In this document: piece by piece, positions 15,894-24,340 of the stretch
How positions within the stretch are numbered: the first letter of the stretch is position 1
How the letters are laid out: each line of letters opens with the position of its first letter
Virus record (IMG/VR): IMGVR_UViG_3300037483_000112
Coordinates: 1 to 28,617 of that record
DNA: 28,617 nucleotides
Reading direction: 5' to 3' (one strand)
Source: a virus
Lineage: Duplodnaviria; Caudoviricetes
The notes under the pieces: model-generated
The model's database searches: none
What the model was told of the DNA's origin: nothing
The model's input: the letters and a program-made list of their open reading frames with translations, nothing else
Made by a program: the position numbers and the translations under genes

Positions 15894-16109
15894 TCAGGCT
15901 GTTGCGATCAGGCCCAAGTTCTCCAGCGCGGCATAGAGACGGTTGATCTTCGTCTCGTTGAGCGCCGTGGTCGCCGTCGCCGTCGTCACCCACGTGATGG
16001 TCGGACGGGCAATGGGCGTGGCGAGCCCGAAGAAGCCGAGCTTGTCGCTCGACGTGGTGCCGATGATGGTGCCGTCAGGATTCTGATCGGCGAGGTAACG
16101 GATCGTCAT
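15894..16109 (-). CDS. small capsid-associated hypothetical protein
   Basis: GAGGAG RBS; directly after the coat gene; KLGFFG.TP...AL..LGL motif. Confidence 0.65.
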   Translation of the reverse strand: MTIRYLADQNPDGTIIGTTSSDKLGFFGLATPIARPTITWVTTATATTALNETKINRLYAALENLGLIATA

Positions 16110-16121
16110 GTCTCATGCTCC

Positions 16122-17360
16122 TCAATTGAAGCCGTAGCGGCAGGCGAGCTGCGCCCGGACGGTCTTGTAGCCGTACAGCACGTCGATACGGCAGGGGAAG
16201 CTGTCGTCGTTGATGCTGTAGTCGCGCACGATGCGCATGGAAATTCCGTCCAGCACCTGGCGCGAGGCGAAGTCCACCCCCTTCGGCATCTCCAGGTCCG
16301 CCGTCGCGAACGCGAAGGCGTCCTTGTGGTAGCCGAGCGAGATGTTGTAGTCCGCCGAGGCCCCGATATCGGTGGTATCGTCCGACTCGTTCTTGTGCAG
16401 CGCCTTGCCATCGGCAAACCCGGTGACGTTCTGCCGCCCGCCCGACGTGACGATGTTCGGGCTGATGAACAGGCTTCCGCCGCCCGCACCCGGAGTAGCA
16501 TCGGCCGTCACGACGAACTTCTGGAGCACGCCGGTCGACACCTTGGTTTCGGGATGCACGCGGTAGCAGTCGGCGATGTAGAAGATATCGCCCTTCTTCC
16601 ATGTGCCGGCGCCGGTATCGACGTTGAGTTCGCCCGCCGAGCCGTCCGCCTCACCGGCCGCAACGTCGGTGAGATAGTCGCCGGTACCGTCGTCGGTACC
16701 GGTGGTGTGCAGACCGAGGAGCGTCGTTTCCATCACGTTCTGGTAGCCGAGGAAGTTGTTGGCGACCATGCCCTCGCGGAAGTTCTTGGAGAGCTTGGCC
16801 GGGTCATTGAAGAGACCCTTCAGCGCGTCGACGAGAGCGACGTTGTCCGTCGTATTCAGGAGCAGTGTGCGGTCCGACGACGGGGTCAGGTTGTCGGTCA
16901 GCTTCTTGGCACCGCTGAGAACGAATGTGAGGCTGCCCGAGGTCGAGATGGCGGCACCCACGTCCGAAATCTCGTTGTACACGTCCTTGTACATCGAGAG
17001 CGCGTCGGATTCGATGTTGGCCGCCAGGACGGTCATCGCCGGCTTCAGGATGCGGTCCGAAAAGTCCTGCAACGACAGGGTAAGCTCCGCCGACGTGAAA
17101 TTCATGTCGACGCCCTTCTGCGTTGCCACAGTGAGCGTGACGCTCGTCTCCGGCGTGTCCTGGACGGCAATCGCCCGGCCGGTGCGGACCGTGTATTCGT
17201 TGGGCAGGCGGATTTTCAGCGTCTCGCCGATCTTCGCGCCCGTCTTGGCGAACTGGTCGTCGTACTGCCGGTTGATGGTGCCGATGAAGTTAAGCTTCTG
17301 GTGGAGGATGCGGAGCGCTTCGCGCGTGACCGCAGTGGGAGTCAGAATCGTGTTGGACAT
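16122..17360 (-). CDS. major capsid protein, P22 coat (gp5) family
   Basis: MSNTILTP...REAL.IL...NRQYDDQFAKTGAKIGETLKIRLP and C-terminal RIDVLYG..VR..LAC are P22-coat hallmarks. Confidence 0.92.
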   Translation of the reverse strand: MSNTILTPTAVTREALRILHQKLNFIGTINRQYDDQFAKTGAKIGETLKIRLPNEYTVRTGRAIAVQDTPETSVTLTVATQKGVDMNFTSAELTLSLQDFSDRILKPAMTVLAANIESDALSMYKDVYNEISDVGAAISTSGSLTFVLSGAKKLTDNLTPSSDRTLLLNTTDNVALVDALKGLFNDPAKLSKNFREGMVANNFLGYQNVMETTLLGLHTTGTDDGTGDYLTDVAAGEADGSAGELNVDTGAGTWKKGDIFYIADCYRVHPETKVSTGVLQKFVVTADATPGAGGGSLFISPNIVTSGGRQNVTGFADGKALHKNESDDTTDIGASADYNISLGYHKDAFAFATADLEMPKGVDFASRQVLDGISMRIVRDYSINDDSFPCRIDVLYGYKTVRAQLACRYGFN

Positions 17361-17385
17361 GAGGAAATGATCCTTCTAAGGGCAT

Positions 17386-17405
17386 GCCGCGTCTCACGAC
17401 GGGGC
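17386..17405 (-). promoter_or_regulatory. GNRA-loop RNA hairpin upstream of the coat gene
   Basis: mRNA GCCC-CGUC-GUGA-GACG-CGGC in the scaffold-coat spacer, just upstream of the GAAGGA RBS. Confidence 0.45.
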
Positions 17406-17417
17406 TACGGGGGAGTT

Positions 17418-18278
17418 TCAGCGGCGCACTTGCCGCTCCTGCGCATCGCGGCGCTTCACCCATTCGTCCACCGGAAGATCGTCCCGGAGCCGCGTATCCA
17501 TCTTCCCTTTGGCTTGGACGGTCGGCACGGGCTTTGCTTCCGTGGGCTTGGGCTTGGCCATCGCCATGCGCTGCTTTTCTGCCAACTCATGGCCGATATG
17601 GGCGAGGTACAGGAGCTTGACGTGACGCGGATCGATCACGGCGTCGACCTCTTTCTGAGTGAGGCCGGCATGCGTCATGCCGAAGTCCCTGAGCTTGCTC
17701 ACCAGCTCGGGGCCGAAGTTGGGGATTTCCTTCCTTAGAACGGCTTGGCTTTCCTCAACACGCTTGGCATGTTCACGCTGCTGTGTCAGAGAGCGCTCGT
17801 CGATCTTCTGGCGCAGTCCGGTGGACAGCGCCGTACGCTGGTCTTTCAACTGGCTGAATTGGAACCACAAGTCCTGCGCGCGTACAGGGTCCTGCGCATT
17901 CAATTGCTGCCAGTTGACCTTCTCGAAATCACCGATGCGCTGGTTGAGCGCCTCGATCTTCGCGAAGTCCCCGATGAACGCCTCGTGTGCCTTGGCCTGC
18001 TCTTGGAACGCCGTCTGGCGTGCTTCGAGTTCCCGGCGCGTTTCGGCGACCTCCTGGGTCTTCTTCGTGTAGTCCGACTGCATCATGAAGAGCGGCTTGA
18101 GCGCCTTGGGGATGGCATGCTTCTTCCCCTCGTGCTCGATTTCGTCCAGCTCCTCCGGCGGGGCCTCTTCTTCCTCGCCCTCTTCCTCGCCTTCTTCAGG
18201 CTCGGCCTCCGTGACTTCCTGGTCCTCACCTTCGGCTTCGGTATCAGGCGTGGTCACGTCGTCAGTATCGTCGTCCAT
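17418..18278 (-). CDS. capsid scaffolding protein
   Basis: Very acidic N-terminus, MMQSDYTKKTQEVAE motif, coiled-coil body; lies between portal and coat; ATG 18278 follows GAGGAG. Confidence 0.85.
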   Translation of the reverse strand: MDDDTDDVTTPDTEAEGEDQEVTEAEPEEGEEEGEEEEAPPEELDEIEHEGKKHAIPKALKPLFMMQSDYTKKTQEVAETRRELEARQTAFQEQAKAHEAFIGDFAKIEALNQRIGDFEKVNWQQLNAQDPVRAQDLWFQFSQLKDQRTALSTGLRQKIDERSLTQQREHAKRVEESQAVLRKEIPNFGPELVSKLRDFGMTHAGLTQKEVDAVIDPRHVKLLYLAHIGHELAEKQRMAMAKPKPTEAKPVPTVQAKGKMDTRLRDDLPVDEWVKRRDAQERQVRR

Positions 18279-18309
18279 TTCCACTCCTCAGGGGTTGGTG
18301 GCAGTCATG

Positions 18310-18330
18310 AAAAAGCCGCCTAACGGCGGC
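18310..18330 (-). terminator. intrinsic terminator at the end of the portal gene
   Basis: mRNA GCCGCC-GUUA-GGCGGC-UUUUU overlapping the portal stop codon. Confidence 0.65.
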
Positions 18331-20320
18331 CGGCAGCCATAGGCATCGGACGGGGTTGCGGCGGCGGCTTCATCGCATCCGCGATAACCTCCAACCGGTC
18401 CGTCTGGGCTGCAAACTGGTCAGTCTCGGCGCCCATCATGCCGACCTGCTTATCGGCCTTCATGCCGGCGGCCTGTTGCTTGAGCAGCGCGTTCTCTTGC
18501 GTGAGCTTCTGAAGCTCGGCCTTCATCTTCGCGATTTCCGGGTTTTCACCCTGGGCCGCGGGATTCATGGCCTTCAGCCGCTCGGCAATCTCATCGGCAC
18601 CGGGCCAGTCGAGATTCTTGAACAGCAGATCGCCGGCAACTTGGGCCAGCGGCGGGAACGCCTGGACCATCTCGACCATGCTCTGCGCCGCCTCCTGCCG
18701 GAGCGTCGTGTAGCTCGGCCCGGTCTCGACAGTCAGGTCGTACTTGCCCGCCGTCAGGTCGAACACCTTCATTATCGGCTGCATCTGCTGCTGTCCGGTC
18801 ATCGGATCGGGGACGGGCTGCATCTTCGGCTGCCCGTCCGGCCCCTTGATTGGCGTCGGCTGGCCGAGCGGAACGCGGTCAACCGACCCGTCGTTGCCCA
18901 GCAAGCGGACAATCCGCTCGCCCGTGTAGACCTTGGGGATAAGGTCGATCAGCACCCGGCCAACCTGCCTGATGCCGCGAGCGAGGTTGTCCAAGAAATG
19001 AAACGTCGATACATCGCCTTCGCGCTGGCGGGCCATGATCGCCCGGCCGCTGGTCTCATTAGACCGCGCCCCAAGGGAGGCGTCATACACGCCCATGATG
19101 GCTTTCATGTCGTCCGAGGCGTTGAGGGCCTCTTGGAGATGCCCGGCAGGAACACCCGCGAAGGGCTGGCGCTGGGGCGACTGCTCGCCATCGTATTGCA
19201 GGAAACTGTGGTTCTGTGTGTTCGCCGTATCCCATTTCGCCAGATCGGTATCAAACGCGCCCGTCTTGCCAACCCAAGGCGCCTTGGGAGCCAGCGCGAC
19301 AAGCTCGGTAGCCGACGTGCGCCAGTAGTTGAACATCTGCTGGGCGTCTTTGGCGTCGTGAATCAGGCTGCGGAAGTACCGCTTGCCCTCCAAGTTGATC
19401 TCATCGCCATAGACGGGGATGATCGGGATGTATTTCCCGCCCCATTCGTGCTCTTCCAAAACCTCCGCGCCAGTCAGCAGGCACATCTTGACCTTGTGCG
19501 TCTTGGTCGTGCGCGTGTCGACGATCTGGACGTCCTCGACTTCCGCCAGATCGGCGCCCTTCGCGAATGTGTCGCGGTCCATGACCCGGCCGTCCGACAG
19601 CATCACAAGCTCGCGGTCGGCCTCCTCGCGGGTCCAATACTCGGCGACCAGGACGTTGTCGCCCTCCAGCCACGGCTCGCCCAGCCCGGCATAGCCCTCG
19701 GAATCCCAGTCGACCTTCTCGGCGCCCTTGTACTGGGCCTCGAATTCCTTCTTGGACATGCTGTCGACGCAGAACGCGACGTTCCAATCCGAGCTGTCGG
19801 CCGCCGTGCTGTCAGGATCGCCGAAGACCGCAAACGGGTTTGCAACCCGCTCGATCCGAAGCTCGCGGTCGAACGTGTCGTCATGCGCGTATTCGATGGC
19901 GACCCGGATGTACCCAATACCGCCTGACACCGCGAAGTCGGCAGCCGTGTCATAGGACACGTCGGCATTGCTGGACTGCTCGATGTTGCGGATGAGCCCG
20001 TTGAAAATCTCCGCCGTCTCGGGATCAGACCCGCTGTCGACCGGACGAACCTTGATCTGCGGCTTGTTCTGCCGGGCGTCGTTGACCACCTGGCGGATGA
20101 ATGACGGGAGTTTATTGATCGTCAGACAGGGCCGGGCCTCACGCTCGCGCTGCTTCTTGATCGCCTCAGGCCACTGCTCAGCAAGGCGCGCGAACCGAAT
20201 ATCGTCCTGCGCCTCCTTGTAGTTCTCCGAATGCCAGTCCTGACAACGGGTAAAGGCTTCCTTGGCTTCTTCCAGGATTTCATCGTCGGACTTGGAGGAG
20301 TAGGAGCTGCCCTTAGCCAC
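18320..20320 (-). CDS. portal protein, P22 gp1-like
   Basis: QWPE...RPCLTINKL..F...VVN, DAKDAQ..FNYW, SNETSGRAI.ARQ, GKYD..V..GPSY.T.RQEA motifs; follows TerL. Confidence 0.92.
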   Translation of the reverse strand: MAKGSSYSSKSDDEILEEAKEAFTRCQDWHSENYKEAQDDIRFARLAEQWPEAIKKQREREARPCLTINKLPSFIRQVVNDARQNKPQIKVRPVDSGSDPETAEIFNGLIRNIEQSSNADVSYDTAADFAVSGGIGYIRVAIEYAHDDTFDRELRIERVANPFAVFGDPDSTAADSSDWNVAFCVDSMSKKEFEAQYKGAEKVDWDSEGYAGLGEPWLEGDNVLVAEYWTREEADRELVMLSDGRVMDRDTFAKGADLAEVEDVQIVDTRTTKTHKVKMCLLTGAEVLEEHEWGGKYIPIIPVYGDEINLEGKRYFRSLIHDAKDAQQMFNYWRTSATELVALAPKAPWVGKTGAFDTDLAKWDTANTQNHSFLQYDGEQSPQRQPFAGVPAGHLQEALNASDDMKAIMGVYDASLGARSNETSGRAIMARQREGDVSTFHFLDNLARGIRQVGRVLIDLIPKVYTGERIVRLLGNDGSVDRVPLGQPTPIKGPDGQPKMQPVPDPMTGQQQMQPIMKVFDLTAGKYDLTVETGPSYTTLRQEAAQSMVEMVQAFPPLAQVAGDLLFKNLDWPGADEIAERLKAMNPAAQGENPEIAKMKAELQKLTQENALLKQQAAGMKADKQVGMMGAETDQFAAQTDRLEVIADAMKPPPQPRPMPMAAGRR

Positions 20321-20531
20321 CGGCTACAACCATCTTGAAGTGAGGGCCTTGCGCCTCAGCGTGTTCTGCACGATGAGCCGCGCTCTGAAGCTCAGCAGCT
20401 AGGGCATGTGCTTCTTGTGGCGTCATCACTGTGACCCGCTCCCGGCGCCCCTCGACAAAGCGAGCAAGCCACACGCTCCACACGCCATCCTTCTGCCCGT
20501 TGGCAACGCCGAAGGTCGTCTTGCGCTTCAT
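20313..20531 (-). CDS. hypothetical protein (72 aa) between TerL and portal
   Basis: ATGA overlap with the terL stop (MKRKTTFGVANG...). Confidence 0.55.
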   Translation of the reverse strand: MKRKTTFGVANGQKDGVWSVWLARFVEGRRERVTVMTPQEAHALAAELQSAAHRAEHAEAQGPHFKMVVAGG

Positions 20532-21775
20532 CCCAGCCACCCTCCAGCAACCACCGGCCGCTCTACCGTCACCCTGGCGGCCTTGCGGATCATGCTCGGA
20601 AACAGCTCGGTGAACGCCCACACCAGCGCGTCGACACGGTCAGGGCTGCCATCGCCCTCGAAACCCGCCGCCGTCATCTGGCACATCTGGTTCTCCAGTT
20701 CGATGAACGTCCCGACATGCGAAACCCGGTCCGCGCTGTACAGGGCTGAAATCGGCTCGGCCCGGACGTGCTTTCCACGACTGGCCCGGACCTCGATAAT
20801 CCGCACGTTGGGCCTGATGCTTTGCAGGGTGTGCTTCACCATGTCGCCGCCTTGGTTGACCTCAACCACGATGCCATCCGCCTCGTACAGGTCATGTGTC
20901 GCTAGAGCCCGCTGCGCCCATTCCTGTGGCTTACCCTTGATCGTCGCATCCGCCAGGACATACCCGCGCTTGTCAGTCCCCTGCCCTGCGCAGATGATCC
21001 CGTGCTCATTCGATCCGGGCTCGCTCGACACCGCAGGGTCGACCGCGACAAGCACCCGCTCCAGCTCCGGGGCTTCCTGCCGGCGGTTGCGGCGGAAGTT
21101 GTCCCGGTCCCAAATGGCTCCGATAGCCATCGGCTCGTATTCCCCGAGCCAGATATGCCCGTAGCGCCCAGGGTTGTTGAGCCGGTCATGTTCCCTCTCG
21201 GCAGCCAGTTCCTTGGGAAAGAATGGGTTGTCGCTGTAGTTCACCCTAACCACTGCCGCGTCGGCAGGAGGGTTAGGCCCGCGCAAGAGCTGGTCAACCG
21301 GATCGGTTGCTGAGCGGGGGTTCCAGGAGAACCACAGTTCCGACCCGTCAGCCCGGATGGTCGGGCGCAGCATCTCAAGGGACCTAGCGCTGAGCGTCTG
21401 GGCCTCTTCCACCCATGCCCAATCGAATCCTTCCAAGCTCTTGATCGACTCCGCAGTATGGTCCTGCATGCCCTGGAACAGGATAACGCCTCCGCCTGGC
21501 GTGCCGATCTCCGTATTCAGGATGTTGAATTGCTCGCCGACCTTGAGAGCGCCGATCTTGTCCTCGATCAGCCGCTTGGCCGATTCCTTCAGCGTCTTCT
21601 GGACCTCACGAATACAAACCCCACGCGAGCCGTTGCGCATCAGGCAGCGCTCTACCCCCAGCTCGGCGAAGAAATGTGACTTGCCAGACCCGCGGCCTCC
21701 GTACGCGCCCTTGTAGCGGCTGGGCTCAAGGAGCGGCAGGAAGACGCTAGGCGTCGGGATTTCGAGGGTAGACAA
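20528..21775 (-). CDS. terL: terminase large subunit
   Basis: Walker A GGRGSGKS, Walker B WVEEA, coupling motif SWNP, nuclease acidic residues in VAVDPA and SPDRVDA. Confidence 0.95.
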   Translation of the reverse strand: MSTLEIPTPSVFLPLLEPSRYKGAYGGRGSGKSHFFAELGVERCLMRNGSRGVCIREVQKTLKESAKRLIEDKIGALKVGEQFNILNTEIGTPGGGVILFQGMQDHTAESIKSLEGFDWAWVEEAQTLSARSLEMLRPTIRADGSELWFSWNPRSATDPVDQLLRGPNPPADAAVVRVNYSDNPFFPKELAAEREHDRLNNPGRYGHIWLGEYEPMAIGAIWDRDNFRRNRRQEAPELERVLVAVDPAVSSEPGSNEHGIICAGQGTDKRGYVLADATIKGKPQEWAQRALATHDLYEADGIVVEVNQGGDMVKHTLQSIRPNVRIIEVRASRGKHVRAEPISALYSADRVSHVGTFIELENQMCQMTAAGFEGDGSPDRVDALVWAFTELFPSMIRKAARVTVERPVVAGGWLG

Positions 21776-22010
21776 CGCGGCGCTCGATAACGCTCAAGGC
21801 CAGCGGGTTGTCCTTGTCGCCCGTCACCTGCAAAGGCAGCACCTTGCCGACCAGGGCCAGGAACGCCGTGGGGCTCTCCGCTGCCTGTCTGGCGAGGTAG
21901 TCCCGCCCGCCTACGTCATCCAAGGCGGAGAGGATCATGTCCTTGAGCGAGGCTGTGAGGCGGTTGGGCGTGCCTTTCACACGGCCACCGGTCTTTTTGC
22001 CCTTCGCCAT
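21747..22010 (-). CDS. probable terminase small subunit
   Basis: KTGGRVKGTPN...LKDMIL.AL...GG..YL...A...P.AFL.L.GKVLP motif; immediately upstream of and overlapping terL. Confidence 0.7.
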   Translation of the reverse strand: MAKGKKTGGRVKGTPNRLTASLKDMILSALDDVGGRDYLARQAAESPTAFLALVGKVLPLQVTGDKDNPLALSVIERRVVYPRNPDA

Positions 22011-22030
22011 CTACATCGCCCTACTGTGGA

Positions 22031-22135
22031 TCAGCACCGCTTCCCGCCCTTGCGCTTTGGCTTGGCCTTGCTCTTCATCCATGCCCGTTCCTGGCGGATG
22101 TAGACGGCGAGCTGCTTGCGGCGGGCAGGGGTCAT
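22031..22135 (-). CDS. very small basic protein (34 aa, MTPARRKQLAVYIRQERAWMKSKAKPKRKGGKRC)
   Basis: Hand-translated; ATGA overlap with the upstream stop; GGGGA RBS. Confidence 0.4.
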   Translation of the reverse strand: MTPARRKQLAVYIRQERAWMKSKAKPKRKGGKRC

Positions 22136-22344
22136 GACTGTCCCCACTGTGCCCCAGCGCGGCTGCGAACGCGATACAAGGGACCTTCGTGTGCTTGAAT
22201 GTTTCCGCCACTGACGCTGGGTTCGTCATCAAGCAGCTTCATTGCCATTTCAAGGCCCTGCACCTTATTCCGCAGCCGCTCAATCTCGCGGAGCAGGCTA
22301 TCGCGCGTTTCCATGATCTGCTGCTTGACGCTCTTCTCGCTCAC
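22132..22344 (-). CDS. small coiled-coil hypothetical protein
   Basis: GGAGG RBS before GTG; heptad-like LLREIERLRNKVQGLEMAMKLL. Confidence 0.55.
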   Translation of the reverse strand: MSEKSVKQQIMETRDSLLREIERLRNKVQGLEMAMKLLDDEPSVSGGNIQAHEGPLYRVRSRAGAQWGQS

Positions 22345-22383
22345 GGCGTAGGGCCTCCGTCGTCGGACCAGCGGCCCATGTCG

Positions 22384-22677
22384 TCAGACCAGCTTTTCGA
22401 TCTCATCCAGAACACCACTGATCTCAGTGAGCTTAGTCCTGACCGTATCGGCACGGGCCATCAGGCTCGGCGTCATGGCCGAAGCCGATTCACCAGCCGA
22501 ACCGCCCTGGCCCGCCATCACCGGTTCCGGCTTCACGCCGCGCAGGCGCCTCAACAGTGCGCGCAGCCGGTCGTGAGCTTCCTGAGCTGTTCCACAAGCC
22601 ATCGAAAGGTCATCCACGATACGAGGCGTCGGCTGCTCGGTTTCTGCCACCACGTTGTACGACTTAGCGTAGTCCAT
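22384..22677 (-). CDS. hypothetical protein (97 aa)
   Basis: GGAGG RBS directly after the repeated hairpin. Confidence 0.65.
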   Translation of the reverse strand: MDYAKSYNVVAETEQPTPRIVDDLSMACGTAQEAHDRLRALLRRLRGVKPEPVMAGQGGSAGESASAMTPSLMARADTVRTKLTEISGVLDEIEKLV

Positions 22678-22691
22678 GAAACCTCCAAACG

Positions 22692-22728
22692 GAAAAGCCC
22701 GCGAGCGGAATGCTGGCGGGCTGTCATG
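22692..22728 (-). terminator. terminator-like hairpin, copy 2 of a 37-bp repeat
   Basis: mRNA CAUGACAGCCCGC-N13-GCGGGCUUUUC. Confidence 0.65.
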
Positions 22729-22730
22729 CC

Positions 22731-22913
22731 TTAAGCCTTAGCCTTCAATGACTTGCGATATAGGAAAAATTTGCAACCACTAAGCCGGAACTCATCCGGC
22801 CACAGCCGCTCTACCGGCTCCAGCCAAATCAGCTCGCCATCAGCCACGACGGGGTGCCAAGCAAACCAATGATGCCAACGGCGCGGGATGCTTGGGATGT
22901 TGAAGAGTTTCAT
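22731..22913 (-). CDS. small Trp-rich phage protein (60 aa)
   Basis: MKLFNIP...WHHWFAWHPV...IWLEPVER; GGAG RBS; bracketed by the two 37-bp repeats. Confidence 0.6.
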   Translation of the reverse strand: MKLFNIPSIPRRWHHWFAWHPVVADGELIWLEPVERLWPDEFRLSGCKFFLYRKSLKAKA

Positions 22914-22930
22914 AGACGGCTCCGAATAGC

Positions 22931-22967
22931 GAAAAGCCCGCCTACCGTGGGGTAGCGGGCTGTCATG
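22931..22967 (-). terminator. terminator-like hairpin, copy 1 of a 37-bp repeat
   Basis: mRNA CAUGACAGCCCGC-N13-GCGGGCUUUUC; includes the NusG-paralog stop codon. Confidence 0.65.
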
Positions 22968-23520
22968 TTGCGGCGCGGGATAGCGGAGTTTCGGGATGGC
23001 TCCGCAGTTCGGGTGAAGCGGCTTCCAGGTCGCCGGGAAGGCATGACGCTTCGACCCGCCGGCCGAACAAGTCCATCCATATCTTGACCGCCGCCCCGGT
23101 GTCAACCCCAATTAGAGCCAGAAACCCGGCAAACGGCCCTGCCGTGACCCGGACCGTTGCCCCATGCTTCCAGCGTTGCCGCTCAATCGGGCTGGGGAGG
23201 GCGCACAGGCCGTTGACGTCTCCCCTGCCCCTGAGGTCGGCCAGGGCATCCGCGCTCAATGCCAGCGGCCCTGAAGGGCCGTGCAGCACCGTCGAGACTC
23301 CGGGGGTCGTGTTGATGGCGTAGATCGACTGGCCGGGGTGGACGGCGGCGAAGATGTACCGGGGGAGCTGGGAGCGCGTGACCAGCCGCTCCTGCCTGGC
23401 GTGCCTGACGGTCTTCCGGTGGTGCAGCCAGAAGACTTCATAGCCCTGGCGGATCAGGTGCTCTAGCGCGAATTGCTCGCGGTTGGCGTTCGTGTAGACG
23501 ACGTACCAGGACATGGTCAT
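22963..23520 (-). CDS. nusG: NusG-family transcription antitermination protein (NGN + KOW domains)
   Basis: WYVVYTNANRE...L..QGYEVF...LPRYIF...INTTPGVSTVL (NGN) and G..VRVTAGPFAGF...LFGR (KOW); ATGA-coupled start at 23520. Confidence 0.88.
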   Translation of the reverse strand: MTMSWYVVYTNANREQFALEHLIRQGYEVFWLHHRKTVRHARQERLVTRSQLPRYIFAAVHPGQSIYAINTTPGVSTVLHGPSGPLALSADALADLRGRGDVNGLCALPSPIERQRWKHGATVRVTAGPFAGFLALIGVDTGAAVKIWMDLFGRRVEASCLPGDLEAASPELRSHPETPLSRAAT

Positions 23521-24167
23521 TCCTTGGGCCGGGCGGCGATCATGGCGCGGTAGGCAGGCCCAATCAGTGACGACAAGGCCGCCTCTAGATCGTGACCGCG
23601 CCTGAGTCGCGCCTGAACCGCCGTGTACGACAAGCCGCTGTCTAGGCACGCATCCTTGAGGCACTTGCCACCAACCATCACCGTGCGGCGCGTGTTGCGG
23701 CTCTGCTCCGCCCTTGTCGCCCAGCGGCAGTTTTCGCCTGAGTAGTCGCCAGCGTTATTAATTCGCTCTACTGTGTGCGCTGGAGACGGCGCGCGGCCCA
23801 TGTCCGCCAAAAACCTGTCGAAGCTGGCCTTCCATTCATCCGAAACCCGGATGCCGCGGCCTCCGTAATTGTGATACCCGGCATCACCTGGGTTAGTGCA
23901 TCGGCCGACAATATGAGCCCAAGCGCGATATTCCTTAGATGCCCGGCCGCCACTAACCTCGCCATGGGTGAGGCGGGTCTTTCCCTGCGTCGCTGCCCGC
24001 AAGCATCCGCAGCTCTGCGTACTGCCGGCGCGGAGATTCCCAGTCGTGGCGGTGGTCTTCGAACCGCATCTGCACTCGCACAACCACTCACGCCGCCCAT
24101 TATCCTTGCGGATGGGGGAGATCACCGTAAGCATGTTAAATTGCTGGCCGACAAGGTCAGTCGCCAC
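23517..24167 (-). CDS. HNH-family homing endonuclease-like protein
   Basis: WLCECRCG...SCGC, YHNYGGRGIRV...W..F..F..DMG, ERINNAGDYSGENCRWAT..EQSRN; GTG at 24167 after GGAGGAGG. Confidence 0.85.
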   Translation of the reverse strand: MATDLVGQQFNMLTVISPIRKDNGRREWLCECRCGSKTTATTGNLRAGSTQSCGCLRAATQGKTRLTHGEVSGGRASKEYRAWAHIVGRCTNPGDAGYHNYGGRGIRVSDEWKASFDRFLADMGRAPSPAHTVERINNAGDYSGENCRWATRAEQSRNTRRTVMVGGKCLKDACLDSGLSYTAVQARLRRGHDLEAALSSLIGPAYRAMIAARPKE

Positions 24168-24339
24168 AATTTTCCCCCTCCTCCTTCGAGACACTGGAAA
24201 TGGGCACGATGCAGTAGCCGGCCTGTTCCAGCAGGGCCTCGAACACGGCAGCCCCGCAATCACATGGCCCGACAGGAAGAGCCGGCGCATTGTGCACGGC
24301 GCAGTCCGATAGGTGCATTACGTCTCGATAGCCTGCCAT
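24157..24339 (-). CDS. small Cys/His-motif protein (60 aa)
   Basis: HLSDCAVHNAPALPVGPCDCG possible metal-binding motif; ATG starts 1 nt after the initiator stop with a GGAGG RBS. Confidence 0.55.
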   Translation of the reverse strand: MAGYRDVMHLSDCAVHNAPALPVGPCDCGAAVFEALLEQAGYCIVPISSVSKEEGENCGD

Positions 24340-24340
24340 C

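Noticed and set aside
16106-16130. Programmed frameshift or readthrough extending the coat protein
   Set aside because: No slippery heptamer seen near the coat stop, and the downstream 71-aa gene has its own GAGGAG RBS.
15750-19927. Long plus-strand ORFs 15750..17738 (662 aa) and 18356..19927 (523 aa)
   Set aside because: Antisense shadows of the coat, scaffold and portal genes; expected with high-GC codon bias; no motifs or RBS.
22011-22232. Track ORF 22011..22232 upstream of terS
   Set aside because: Overlaps 22132..22344 out of frame and lacks an RBS; the coupled 34-aa ORF 22031..22135 fits the gap better.
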